Source of the DNA: the human T2T-CHM13v2.0 reference genome, Homo sapiens
Assembly: GCF_009914755.1 (NCBI RefSeq)
Contig: NC_060927.1
Strand: one strand, 5' to 3'
Length of the DNA: 64,000 nucleotides
A program made the position numbers and the translations under genes. The notes under the pieces were generated by a model. It worked only from the letters and a program-made list of their open reading frames with translations. It was not told the origin of the DNA and did no database searches. Shown piece after piece: positions 27,050 to 39,719 of the stretch; within the stretch, counting starts at the first letter, position 1; the number at the start of each line of letters is the position of its first letter.

Positions 27050-27260
27050 TTCCTGGAAGGGAGGAACAGACTACTTTGGTAGTGAGGAAATCGAGATCAG
27101 AGCGATTCAGAACTGGAAGCAGCTACCTCACAGTGCTTTGAGTTTCCAGGTATAGAGGAAGATGAAAGACAGACTTAAATGCTACAGGGGTGATTAACTG
27201 TCAAGTAGTGGATGATGCTAATGACTTTTAAGGTCACTTGCTCCTCTGGGATTTTCTTGA
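27050..27260 (+). mobile_element. L3/MIR3-type 3' end fragment
   Basis: atgacttttaaggtcacttgctcctctgggatt resembles the CR1 3' terminus. Confidence 0.45.
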
Positions 27261-29044
27261 ATTATCCCGTGCTCTGAGTTTCTTCCTTAAAGAGTGAGAT
27301 TCATCGATGGTCATCTGATAGTGGAGCAGAGCTTGGAGTCACATTTATTCCTTCCTTGGCCAAACAGTTTCATCAAAATTATACTGCTAGAACCTGATTA
27401 CGTCTGGGAATTTATACCATTTACAACCAACAGACGAATTTAAACGCAAATAAAAGCCCCTGGTGAGCTGTTTGTCAGGGCACCAGGATGGAAAGCATGA
27501 TAAGAAAATATTTTGTGGGGGAACACGAACTGATATATGGACCCCAGAGTGGGAGACTTGAATGTGAACGTTAGGATAAATGAATTCCACCACAAAGTAA
27601 AAGAATATTTGGTGTGTTCACTTTGTTAACTCAATGTTGTTTATTCTTCTCAACCACCCTAGGCAGGGTCAACATCTTAAAGAATTCCATCTTCATTTTT
27701 CATGTAACGTCAGGAACCAGGAAGACTTGTTTAAAAGAATAAACTACCAGGGAAAGAAATGGAAGTTTTCATTACTGGAATCCAATAATATTATCTTTAT
27801 GTTGAATAAGCCTAGGATTTCAAACCACTGTTTGTGTGTGTTTTTTTGTTTGTTGTTGTTTGTTTGTTTGTTTGTTGCCCTTCCCTCCTGAGGTTTTGGA
27901 TTAATCTGATGGAGAAGGCTTCCGAAGATATATGTCTCAACTTCCCTGATTTTGGTGAACAAGAGGCTTCTTTGGAGAACGGATCTATTAGACAATAAGG
28001 TAGGATGGATGCCTCATGACATGGGAAGTTAAAATTTCAAAATGACCCTTTCCCAGCACTAACATAATTGACTTAGAAGGAGGGAAAGGATTCCTCACCA
28101 TGTTTGGCCTGAGGGCCATTATAGAGTCTCACCATCCCAACATTTTTCACTCAAATGTCCTCAGGAAGGTCATTATTCTAATTCTTCCACATCTGTGGCT
28201 CTGCAGGTTGCCTTGTCTATTATTCATTAAGCTGGTTTCCATCTGACCCTGGCTCAGCCATGAAATCTTTACCTTTTCCAGCTGCTTTTTGTGTCTTGAG
28301 ACTTACTTTATTAATGACTTTGGCATAAAGGGTAAAGAGAAGCGCCTGAGGGGACTGAATAATTTGAGATGAGTATCAAGAAAGAATCAAGTCCAGGTCA
28401 TCTAGACCAAGAATCAAAATATATTTATAAAAATAAACAAATGAAATTGCAGTTGATATTCTGGGTAACCATCAGAATCAACTGTGGACCTTTCAAGAAG
28501 CTACTTCATGGGCCCCACCCTCAGAGATTGGAAAATAGGAGGCATGAGAACTAGCTATATGCTAAAGATAATAAAGCAAAGAGAATGAATTATAATAGTC
28601 ATTTCTTAATGGAAAGTGCTTCAAATGGGGCCCTTGGTTTTTCTTTTAAAATGCACTTTAAATAATAGAATCAACAACCATGTACACATTACCCAATTTA
28701 AAAATAAAACACTGTAAAGCCGAAACCCTCGGGTACAATTCACATCCCACATTGCACTGCTTCCCCTCACTATCTCCACCCAGAGGCAGTAAGAATGTTA
28801 TCTGTGTCCTTCCTTCTAAGCCATATATAGATCTACATGTTTATAAATTATATGGCAGCCTATAAGCAACCTGTTCTTTTATTTTATTATTTCCTGCTGT
28901 TAATAACTACTAGTCAAAAGTTTGTAGCATTTGGATCTGTTTCAGCTAAAAGGCCCAATTTCAATCAAGGCACACATTATTGTATGGGCTTTCATTCCCC
29001 ATTCTGTATTTAAGGATGTGGTGTAGTCTAAAACAAATGGTTCC

Positions 29045-29310
29045 AGAGCACTTTAAGAGGCCAAGGCAGGAGGATCACTTGATGTCAGGAGTTTGAGACC
29101 AGCCTGGCCAACATGATGAAACCTCATCTCTATTAAAAATACAAAAAATAGCTAGGCATGGTGGCTGGGGCCTGTAGTCCTAGTTACTCAGGAGGGTGAG
29201 GTGGGAGGATTATTTGAACCCGGGAGGCAGAGGTTTTAATAAGCCGAGATCACACCACTGCACTTCAGCCTGGGCAACAAAGCGAGACTCTGTCTCAAAA
29301 AAATAAAAAT
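29045..29310 (+). mobile_element. Alu (Jb/Sz-like), 5'-truncated, TSD aaaacaaatgg
   Basis: Alu body from agcactt..., A-tail, direct repeats at about 29030 and 29311. Confidence 0.93.
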
Positions 29311-30204
29311 AAAACAAATGGCTCATCTACTGAGGTTGAATTGGCCACTAATATTTAATCAAAAGTACTGAATCTTTCTCACATGATTAATTGGGCTGCA
29401 TTTATTTTACTTTTTTTTTTTTTTTTAACAGAATTGACAGTTTGGCCAGCCAAGTATTTGGATATCACAGGTTTAAAATTTTGAAATTAGAATGAGCTGA
29501 TTACATGGAGTTAGAGATTTTTATATTTGATTTCCTAGGCTTGAAACACCCATAGCAAAATGGTGAGGCAGAGTAGTGCTCCTTCAATGATTAGTTATTG
29601 AGCACTAGTATCCTATAGCAAAATGACAACAGTGAGTAACCGGCCTTACTACATCAACAAAGGTAAGACTCTGACTGAATAATAACGCCTTACATTTAGG
29701 TGGTATTTTAGGGTCTACAAAACACTTGCCTTTCACAGGAGGTTTGACTTCACAGTGATTAAGTAGAAATTACAGGCTCTGAGCCTCAGGTGTAAAAGAC
29801 AGTTTACTGAATCCTATAAAACACTGAATGTCCCTACTATATGTGCCACGTGTCGGCATTACAAATAGCAAAATAAATTAAACAGCCAAATATCCACTTT
29901 GCTATATGTCAGGGCCTCTAATTACTGAGGGGATTTGTTTGGTAGTACTAATGAAAAATTAAACACTAAAAGCATATAATTCTGCCATAAATTGACATAC
30001 AGCAATAAAGCAGCATTTAGGTTAAGCTTCACCTGTGTAATAAACAGGGATTGTCCTCTGGATATTTTTAGATGGAAACCAACATTATTCCAAGCAGAGC
30101 AAAATAATACAGATTAATATGTGGTAAGGGTGACAAAATATTTACAAAACCTGTGCTTGAGTTTCTTCTACTGTGATTACAGGATACAACATATTTCTTT
30201 AGGA

Positions 30205-30660
30205 ACAGCCTGGTCATATGATATAATGAAGAGTTGAAATTTTGGATAGGCTTGGGTTTGAATCCCAATTCCACTATCTGTCAACTGTGCTTTTCCAGTA
30301 TGTGATTTTTTTTCTTTAAACCTCAGTTTCCCTAAGTGTAAAATATTAATGCCTACTTTTGCAGGTTGTTGTGAGGACTGAAGTAAGAATTATAAAACTA
30401 ATGGTGAACATGTATTGAGACTTTACTATGTGCCAGGCACTATTTTACAGGGATTTACATGCATTAATCCATTTGGTCCTCACAACACTCCCAAGAGACA
30501 GGATACTCTTAAGACCTCCATTTTCTAAGTTTATGAATGAATGTGGGGGAGCTCAGAAAGGTTAACTCGCCCAGGGTTCATGCACCTGGTAGGCGACAGC
30601 TCTGGGTTTGAAACCAAGTAGTCTGGCCCCAGAGTCCTCCCTCTTCATCAGTATGCTTTA
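30205..30660. mobile_element. Two adjacent MIRs in opposite orientation
   Basis: cctcagtttccc core on + then tactatgtgccaggcact...gctcagaaaggttaa on -. Confidence 0.8.
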
Positions 30661-31505
30661 ACTTCCCTGCATTTTCTTCTCACCCTCATCCCTGCTTCAG
30701 GATCTCTCTCATCTCTTTCACCTTAGCTGCCTTTGAGTTTGAATGAACAGGGAAAAAGTAAATAAGAACGTGAAAATACTAGGGAGCTTGGTTAATTTTT
30801 CTTTCAGTGCTTTGATCCAAATGGTATCATGCAAATCAAAGTTAACAAACTAGAAACGGAAAAACTCAATGATTTGATATCTACTTAGGAAAGGGCCTGA
30901 GGGTTTAGTAGGAGAGAGGAAGTTTCCCAAAGGAGACAGGCAGGCCCCCAGCCCCTTCTGCCTGGAGAGCTGGGGACTGGGGGTTTTGCCTCAAATCACC
31001 AGGAGCGGGAGAGGGAGGGGAAGTCAGAGATATTTACATGCCAGAGGAAAAGGGCTTGGAACCTCAACACTTCTCTAAGGCGTCCACTCCCACATGTACA
31101 CCCAAACCCATCCCCCTGAGCACTGCAGTTGTCTTTGGTTTACCAACCCAGTCAAACTGGATTCATTCTGAGGGCAGAGATGCAAATTTTAAGGCAATTA
31201 TACAAGATAAAAGCTACAGCATCCTGAAGATACCAATTCTTCATGCAGGAAATACATGCATTAGGTATTAACATAGTCAGGGCACTGTTCACCATGGCTG
31301 TAATGAAAGGATAAAAGTCCTATGGCAAATCACATCTCTCTTGGAGTGTCTTTCCAAATGAAAATAATAAGTAACGGTAAAAGAAAATCATTTTCCTCCT
31401 CAAGATAAGGCTTTCTCTCTTTCTGTACACATCAGATCTTTCCTAGAAATTGGTTTGGGTTGAGAGCAGCAGCCCCCTACAACTGCTTCTTATCACTCCT
31501 TTAGG

Positions 31506-31682
31506 AAAGCAGCTTCAGAAAAGTGAAGTGTGCATCAGAATCACTTGTGGTGTCTGTTAGGACAGAGTCCTAGGCCCCACATCAGAACTACCGAGTCAGC
31601 AAAGCATGGGGCAGGCAGGCTTCTGTCCTATGGCTACCTTCTTCAGGTAACTGTGAAGTACTCTATCGATTTGTAACCGCGA
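31506..31682. mobile_element. MER5-like hAT MITE
   Basis: tgcatcagaatcac...ggccccac...tac(c)gagtcag pattern. Confidence 0.65.
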
Positions 31683-31959
31683 CTTACTCGTGATCATCTG
31701 TGCATACACCAGAGGCTAAAAATGTTCGGACAGAGAGGGCCAGTATTATTTTCCCCAATTAAGAAGGCAGATTTCTGAATTTTCAAAGTGTCATTTTTAT
31801 AAGTTCAGATAAGATATTTAAATAGCACAAGTCATATAATCAGAGTAAAGTTTTCTCAAGAATTTAACCAAAAGGCAGTCATTCGTAGCGAGAGAATTCA
31901 GTGTATAATAATTAAGGGAATTTGGCAGCACCACAAACCATCTCAATGCTAGTTACAAC

Positions 31960-32335
31960 CCCTTAAAGCCTAGCCACAATCTATTTTATAGATGAGAAAC
32001 TGAGATTGAGATTAACGTTAAGAAACATGTACGAGGTCCAAGGGCCATGATGTGGCAGGGCCGGGATTTGAACTGGGGTGGACTGGTCAGATTCTATATC
32101 CATGTCCAAATCCTAGCCAATCTCTGCTACATATACCATGTACTGAACATGAATACGTCAGTTTTTCTCTACTATCATTCAATATAATAGATAGGGTTTC
32201 CGCATTCAAAAAAAAAAAACAAGGAAATTGATGTTCAGAGAGGCTAAAAGGCTGATCCAAAGGTGCACAGTTAGGAAGTTAATATGGCTAATATTCCTAA
32301 CGGAACCTCTGACGCCAAAGTATGTTAACTACTAG
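31960..32335 (-). mobile_element. Two MIR fragments
   Basis: tttatagatgagaaactgag and ggaaattgatgttcagagagg cores. Confidence 0.7.
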
Positions 32336-33099
32336 ACTTAATTAAGAGATAAAATGTCCTCATTTTCATGAATCTGAAAGATTACCAAATTTTCAGGCAG
32401 AAAATTTGTTCTAGAACCACAGAAACTTCTCAGTGAACAGAAGAGCTTCCTTTTTATCTCATTTAATTTTTGAATTATACTTCTATAAATAATTATCTTC
32501 TTCTTCTAGAGCAATCTAAAAAGTAATTTCTAATATCTTAAAAGTTATTAACAGCTACTTCCCACTGCGTTAATACTATAAAATTAAATTTCTAAGTAGA
32601 AGATTCAAGTACCATAAACATAGAAGAGTGTAAGCAAGCATAATCTATAAACAGTTCTTACAAGATTCCAGATTACCTGCCTGGAATAAATCTGTCCTTA
32701 ATATACCTAAAACCGCCTCCCACCCAAAGATGAACATACCAATTGTTCTAAAAGATAGCTCACATTTAACTTATTAAGCAGCATCGCTTCTAAAGAAATG
32801 AATATTGCCTTAATGGTTAGATTAGATGGAATTACATTTTGGAACATGATTTGAGAACTTGATTCGTGGAAATTTTAGTCTTCGTTAGTAACACCTGGAA
32901 TATAGAAGACTTTTGATAGAGATTCCAGGAATATTGCTGACTGCATGCTGGAATACACATACATATCGTCTTCTACTTCATGTTAACTAAAGTTAGAAAC
33001 TTATGAGATTCGTTCCAACAAGCAACAAGCAAAGTTCCATTATCATCATCATTCTCTTCCCCACACAAAAGAGGCATAGAAAATAAACCGGAGAAAAAG

Positions 33100-33584
33100 C
33101 TGTGTCATTTCCTTACCCATTGCCCGGTTCATGGCTCAGACCCCTGTAACACAATACAGATTAACGAGAGGAAAGCCTAACGAATATATTTAATATAAAT
33201 TTTATGTGCCATGGGAGCCTTTAGAAATAAAGACCTAAAGACAACTGTGTATTTTTACGGACAGTCATGCAGAAGTATGATTGGATGATAAAAGAGTATG
33301 ACTTGATGGTAATAAATTGGGGAAAACTTAGCAAGGCCTGTGTGTTCAGATTCTTCTTGGCATGTAAGTAGAGGGCAGAACTCCTCTGGAATGAAGGTCT
33401 TATGACCTACTTGCATGGGTGTTAGGTCAGAGAATTCTTTTATGGCACACTTGAGGGTAGACAAATGGAAAAAGGTCAGAGAGTGATGTTCCTGCTTCTG
33501 TAGTTTTCTCAGTTTCCTTCACCTTAAAATACTCAGTATGCAGAGCTAGCATATTTTGGGGGTAGCGTGTCCTGAGACCTATCA
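33100..33584 (-). mobile_element. MER34/MER39-like ERV1 LTR
   Basis: cagattaacgagaggaaagc...aaaatactcagtatgc...tattttgggggtagcgtgtcctga, ending in ca. Confidence 0.75.
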
Positions 33585-34469
33585 TAAACAATGACAAAAT
33601 CCAGGTCCTCACAAAGCTTACCTTCTCAAAGAACTAGAGAAAAGACAGAGGTACAGGTGCATAGCCAAACAAACAAAAGACAATGAAGAATGCCTCGAGA
33701 GAAATCAAATCATGCACCAGGACAGAGAGTAGGGGCTTTAGGAGAGCTACTTCAGATGAAGGGTCAGGGAGGCTGTTTGGATCTGTATGGTTGAAGATGA
33801 AAGAAAAAGATTATTTCTCAAGCCTGCAGGACATCAAACTGCTGCAATAATCACCTTGTGGATGGCAGGGTTCTACTCCTTTTAAACCCAAAAAGGAGAG
33901 TTAATAATCAATTGTGAAATAAGAGGTCACTTTTTTACTTTGATATTTCCCTTTCCTGACTACAAGTGCCTTACTGAGTAAGCAAGGCCACGCTTGTTCT
34001 TTGCAAAGCAGAATTTAAAGCCCCTGAAACAAAAAAACCCTACAGTGGTATCATGTTCAAGAGGCTAACTCAGTGGTGCACCTTCATTAACGATAACAAC
34101 AGGTGCTCCAGGGGAAAAGACCATTACTGGGCTTATTGCTATTACCACTCAGCATGAGACAAAAATGGTTTAGAACCCAGGGATCAGGCAGAATCTCAAG
34201 AATGAGACACAGAGGCAAAGATGAAGAGAACAGTCACTGTGCTTTCCATGGCAGGTTGTCAAATGCTGCCTTAAAATGTGCAACTGTGTGAATTCCAAAA
34301 TATGAAATGCTCAGAGTCTTGAATTGTAGTATTCACAACTGGACAGCTGAATATTAAAGATGCTGCTTTGTCCCCTAGAGGGGCTGGCTACTGCAAGACT
34401 GGCTTCCAGGGGTCATAATTATGTGGCCATTGCCACTCAATATTTTATCATCATACAATACTGAGGCTG

Positions 34470-34645
34470 GCAAATATCTATCACGGGATGTGCTTGTTAA
34501 TAATGAAGATTCCCAAGCCCCAGTCACAGTATTCTAAATAAGTAGATTTGGAATAAGAACTGAGAATCAACTTTTTGTTGTTGTTAACTGATACCAAAGT
34601 TAATTTTCATGCAGGTGATACAAAGATCGCATTTTGAAAAGCAGA
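34470..34645. mobile_element. MER5B-like MITE
   Basis: gcttgttaa...gattcccaagcccc...cattttgaaaagca pattern. Confidence 0.55.
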
Positions 34646-34712
34646 TTCAACAACTTTAGATATGGATACTTTGTCTAAAAGGACAGCTTTGGAACCTTCA
34701 TTGTTCTCTGGG

Positions 34713-34716
<4 letters not shown>

Positions 34717-34776
<60 letters not shown>
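34717..34776. repeat. (TG)30 perfect microsatellite
   Basis: Counted directly. Confidence 0.98.
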
Positions 34777-34780
<4 letters not shown>

Positions 34781-35164
34781 GTGGTTTTCTTATAACCACC
34801 ATATTCTACAAACGAGTCAAGATATCCCCATTATTTCATATCAGGAAACTTCTGTGATCAGGTTGGAAACAACTGAAAGATGTGCAAAACAGCATAACCT
34901 GCTGATTTAAAAAACAGAATCGTTTTAAAAAGTTCAACTTAAGCTAAATAATCAGGGTGATGATAACAATAACCACATTCAACAATTCATATATAAGTAC
35001 TATATGTTAAGAATTAGTCCATCATCATCACCATCAAAGGTAACAAAAACATTACACATTTTGGCCAGATAATTGGGACATCAAAAAGTAATTACTATTG
35101 GAGTTACACAATCTGTAGCCATAGTTATCAGCCCAGCTAGGCTCACTGCTTATTTGTTTTGTGT

Positions 35165-35392
35165 GTGTGTGTTTATTATTTTTAGTCAAGAGATAATTCA
35201 AATATGATAAAATTCACCATTTTAAAACGTACAATTCAGTGGCTTTATTATATTCACAATGTTGCACAACCATCACCACTAAGTCCACAACGTTTTCATT
35301 ACCCTAAAAGAACCTGTATCCATTAGGAATCATTCCCCATTCCTTCCTTGTCCCAGTCCCTGGCAACCACTAATCTACTTTCTATCTCTATT
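35165..35392 (-). mobile_element. L1M (L1MB-like) 3' end fragment
   Basis: aaaattcaccattttaaa...tacaattcagtgg...cctggcaaccactaatctactttct. Confidence 0.85.
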
Positions 35393-36917
35393 CAGAGCCT
35401 GTTGCATAGCAAATATTTTCTATCCCGCTTTAGAATGGCTAAATGAAATTTTGAGATCATATAACCTATCTATTCATATAAGTTTTAGCTATGCTTACTA
35501 TGCACCTATTATCATTCTGTGCATCCCACTTAATACAGTTTGTGCATTCCCCCATGTCACTAGCTATGCCTCTACAGTATCGCTTTCAATGGCTGAAGGA
35601 ATTCCATCAAATAGATATTGCATAGTGCATCTAACTAATCCGGTATAGTTGGAATTTACATTTGAATACTGAGTTTTAAAAAATCTTGGAACCAAGTTTA
35701 AACATTTGTGTTTTGCATTTCAAGAAGTGATTTCAAAAAGAAGCCACAGGTATTAAATCCTTTCTTTGCATCCGTATATTTAGAGCCTGACATGGAGGTG
35801 AGACAGTGGGACAGAGGAAAGCTGAAAGCCTCTGTGTCTATCACCATACCCTGTGTGTAGAGCAATTAGGAGGCTAGCCCTTTTTTATGATAAGGAATTT
35901 GGTAGCCCATATGGTGGCAGTCCCTACATAAACTTTCACTGCTTAGAAGTATTTCCCAGAGATTGTATTTTAAAAGTCCCAGAATAGCTGTGTTAAAGAC
36001 AAAAGTAAAGTAAGATCAAAAGGGAACTTACGTTTATTTGGCATTGTTTGTGTGGGCAGCACCTTATCCACTCACAGCTAGTCTTCGAAGCATTAAACTT
36101 TATTTCAACAAAGTGTAACATTAACATCCCAGCCTGACTTGCTTCTGACTTCTAGCACCAAAAATAGAGCCTTTTCTATGACTTAGGTGCAGAATCTACC
36201 CGTATAGGAATTAGCATTTGTATGAAAAGAGCTGAAACCCAGCTTCTGAATCAGCCAGGATTTTATTATTTTATTTTTACTACAGAAGCAGAGACTATCC
36301 TAATAAATCCTCCTTTCTTCTCCTAGCACACTTAAAAACCCATCTTTGAGCTCCACTGACTCCATTAGGTTTGAACTTTGGTATTAAGTACACAGGGAGG
36401 AAAAGAGTAGGTGTGGGGGTGACGAGAAGGAGAACAGAGAGAAGCACAGGAGAACAGAAAGGAAGGGAGGCAGCTTGATGCTACTGCTGCGGTTATTGCT
36501 TCACTCAAAAACAATGAAGCAAAAGCAGACTATGTCAAGAAGCAAAGGTGTGTCAAAGACACCCCAGGCTTAACATGGGGCTGCACAAACCCACAGGAAG
36601 CTCACATGCTATTTCCTAGACACTCTCTCACATGAACCACTTTGACTTATGTTTCCGGACTCCTTGATTTAGTTTCTGTTTTAGCGTTTGCACAATAATA
36701 ATTTTACTACTAAAAGTAAATGTCTTGTAAACCAATGGGAAACATATTGTTTGGCAGAGTTTATAATGTCAGGATTTACGGCTCTAACACTGAGGGTCTC
36801 TCTGACCTCGAAGATAACATAATGAAACAGCAATGTGCTGCATATGACTCGTTGTGATTTTTTATTAGTTCTCATAATCGCCTCTTATTAATTTGTATGC
36901 ACATAATAAGCACTCAC

Positions 36918-36947
36918 CTTCACAGTCTGTCCGGCTTCGGGGCCATC
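36918..36947 (-). CDS. FHIT: FHIT coding exon 7 (30 nt; DGPEAGQTVK, aa 84-93, just before the HxHxH triad encoded by the next exon)
   Basis: GATGGCCCCGAAGCCGGACAGACTGTGAAG flanked by ttttttcctacttctag| and |GTGAGTG; continues in frame from exon 6. Confidence 0.99.
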
Positions 36948-37707
36948 CTAGAAGTAGGAAAAAACCAACAGAGGTGAGAATAGATAGATGGTATCTCCTG
37001 CTTATTCAGAAATATCACCCATTAATAATTTAGATGCAATTTCATTGTGTGTTAATTTATAGTATTCTCATGGGGACCATTGGCTTCAAATGTGCGGGAT
37101 TAGACAGTTCTCCATTTCCGCCTGAGAGTAAGTGCGAAGTTATGTATAAAAATGATATAAATTATCCAGCAAGCCAACTCCTTGCTACTTTTCATGCTCT
37201 TTGCTCTAGGCTATGGTTTTAATTGCATTAAAGGAAGGCTGAAAATGTTTGGGGAGGTGAAGTATCACACCTTCTGGTTATGTTTAGAGGTGGTTTAATT
37301 AATGTCTGATTACTTTAAGCTTCTACTCAGGAAATCTGCTATAAACATAAGCCATTAAGGAAGAATATGGGGTATTTCATATGGGAAGAGTCCTCTGGCT
37401 ATTCTGACCTTGTGGGAGACAAATGGTAGTGTTCATTGTAGCTGGACCCTTTTCCCAAACTGGTTCCCTTTCTCTGTTTCTGAAGCTTAGTTGGAAATGG
37501 GCAAACTCACCAAGTCACCAGCCATAATATAAAGCAAAAGCAGATACTCAGCTGGTTGAGATGGCCAAACAAAGCAATGGCTCCACAATCAGAAATTCCA
37601 AAATAGAATTTCACCTCTGCAACTTTAGCCAGGTTTGTCTACCTCTATGAGCCTGACTAACGGGGTGAGAACTCCCGCCGTAAGGATTAAGCATAACTGT
37701 GTATATC

Positions 37708-38313
37708 AGGGATTTTCAAACTTAGAGTCACAATCCATTAGTGGGTCATGAAGTCAACTTAATGGGTTGCAATCAGCATTACAAACAATGTAAATCAGGT
37801 GTTTTTTTTTTTGTTTTTTTTTTTTTTTTTTTGAGAAAGGGTCTTACTCAGTTGTCCAGGCCAGAGTATGGTGGCATGATGGCGGCTCACTGCACCCTTG
37901 ACCTCCTGGACTCAAGTGATTCTCCTGCCTCAGCCTCCTGAGTAACTGGGACTACAGGCATGCACCATCATGCCTGGCTAATTTTTGTATTTTTCTTAGG
38001 GACAGGGTTTTGCCATGTTGCCCAAGCTGATCTCAAACTCCTGAGCTCAAGAGAGCTGCCGGTCTTAGCCTCCCAAAGTGCTGGGATTACAGGTGTGAGC
38101 CACCACACCCAGCAAGAAATCAGATCTTAATAGAATAAAAACTATTAGACTGCACAGAATGAGTAAACATTGTTTTGTGAAACTCTGGTTTCCTTTATCA
38201 ATATAGGCCTATGCATATATTTCATATATGTGTGTCAGGGGAGACAGGCATGATTTTGAAATAAATATGTATCTTACTGTAGGTTACAGTAAAAAATAGT
38301 TTGACCACATTGC
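37708..38313. mobile_element. hAT-Charlie-type MER, split by an AluJ
   Basis: cagggattttcaaact...ccattagtgggtcatgaa start; gtttgaccacattg end. Confidence 0.65.
37799..38113 (-). mobile_element. AluJ in intron 6, inserted into a hAT-type MER
   Basis: Poly-T followed by J-type Alu body; aaatcag direct repeats. Confidence 0.93.
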
Positions 38314-39552
38314 ATATACGAAAGTACTCTAGGTGCTAACACAAGTCAGCTCTTACATTTATGGAATTAACTTTCTAGTGAAAAATGTTCCATAACCAGC
38401 AATGGCCATTTCCTATAAATGTGATTTTTATTCTTGTATCTCACTAAACATTAACAGAGGTTTTCATTCACTGCCTTCATTTAGTCTCTCCAGAAACACG
38501 GTTTGCAACATAAGCTTGATAAACCCACTCTGAACTGAACTACCTGCCTGAAGGGGACTCAAATGGTTTGACATACAACACATACACACAAAGCATTTGG
38601 GGGAAGTTTAGCTACTCTTAACACAGACATGGCAGCAAAAAAAGAAAGAAAAAAATCTGTTTGAGAAGAAGATGAGCACTTTTAGTCAGAGCCTTCATAA
38701 CCTGAAAACACTGGCTTTCTTTATCTGGTCTCTTTGAAGCTCTATGGTAAAGAGCTAAGGAGGGGAGGAAGAATGGCAAACATTCAGTTTAACTAACAGG
38801 CTGAGTACAGAGTCCTCACATTTTGAAAGTGTGTCCTTCTAAAGGGCAATTACAGAGTCATCCAATTTCAGAGCCATGAAGGACTTTATACATTGATACC
38901 CCAGCCCTTTCCATAGAGGGCCTGAAGGAGCTCATGGTATGTTACTACGGATTTACTCAATTCCCTACTGATGACTCACCATGGACATCCTTCTCCCAAC
39001 CTGACAACTGTTGGCTCAACCTCTGCCTAAAAATCTTCAGTGACTGGGGATCTGATTTCTTCACTGGTCAGTGGGCCACACCCAACCAGTGAATCTAGCT
39101 TCTAACTAATCTGTGATCAATCTCTGCATCTTGAATTAAAGAGAGACAAAAGGTAAGGCCCAACCTAAGCTGCATATCACTGCCACCCTGGAATTAGAGC
39201 AGGGCTTAGTCTATGCAGTGCTCAAAAATTAGTTACCATGGAATGAAAATGATTTTTCCAGTCCCAGTTCCAGTAAGCAATTTGGAATGTCTGAATGTCC
39301 ATTAAATCACTTATCCATTACTCCCACCTGCTTGGTAAACAAGCCTCAGACATCACCTTAGACACTATCCCACGGTCCATCTTGGGGCCAATGGACAGTA
39401 GGGTTGCCCTGCATTAGAAATCTCTTTTTTTGGCTGCTACCTAAAATACAAACAATCACATCTGCCCTCCTGGTAAGATATCAGGAGGAGCAAGCCCAAT
39501 GCCGGGATATGAAAGGGAAGAAAAATCATTTCTGAGAAATCTGTACACTCAC

Positions 39553-39698
39553 CTGCATGGAAAAGGTGAGAGAGGTCCCATGGAAATGTTTTTCCACCAC
39601 TGTCCCGACTCTCTGGGTCGTCTGAAACAAATCGGCCACTTCATCAGGACGCAGGTCATGGAAGCGCTCCACTGGCCGCAGCGGGCACACAAGGACAT
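39553..39698 (-). CDS. FHIT: FHIT coding exon 6 (146 nt; (H)[48 protein letters not shown], aa 35-83)
   Basis: Reverse complement translates to the recognised FHIT (diadenosine triphosphate hydrolase) sequence; bounded by AG (39700-39699) and CAG|GTGAGT; CpG-rich compared with flanks. Confidence 0.99.
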
Positions 39699-39712
39699 CT
39701 GTAGCAAGGTCT

Positions 39713-39719
39713 GTTAAGG
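39713..39719 (-). promoter_or_regulatory. Candidate U12-type branch site CCTTAAC of intron 5
   Basis: Minus strand ggCCTTAACagaccttgctacAG|AT; branch As at -16/-17; no real pyrimidine tract. Confidence 0.7.

Larger units (their letters stand above)
36948..39552 (-). other. FHIT: FHIT intron 6 (2605 nt, GT-AG, U2-type)
   Basis: GTGAGT donor, CTCAC branch-like motif and pyrimidine tract before exon 7. Confidence 0.97.

Noticed and set aside
39699-39712. Upstream AG that would add 12 nt in frame (H-LATD-V) to exon 6
   Set aside because: It lies only 2-3 nt after the putative branch point, too close to be used unless another branch site exists
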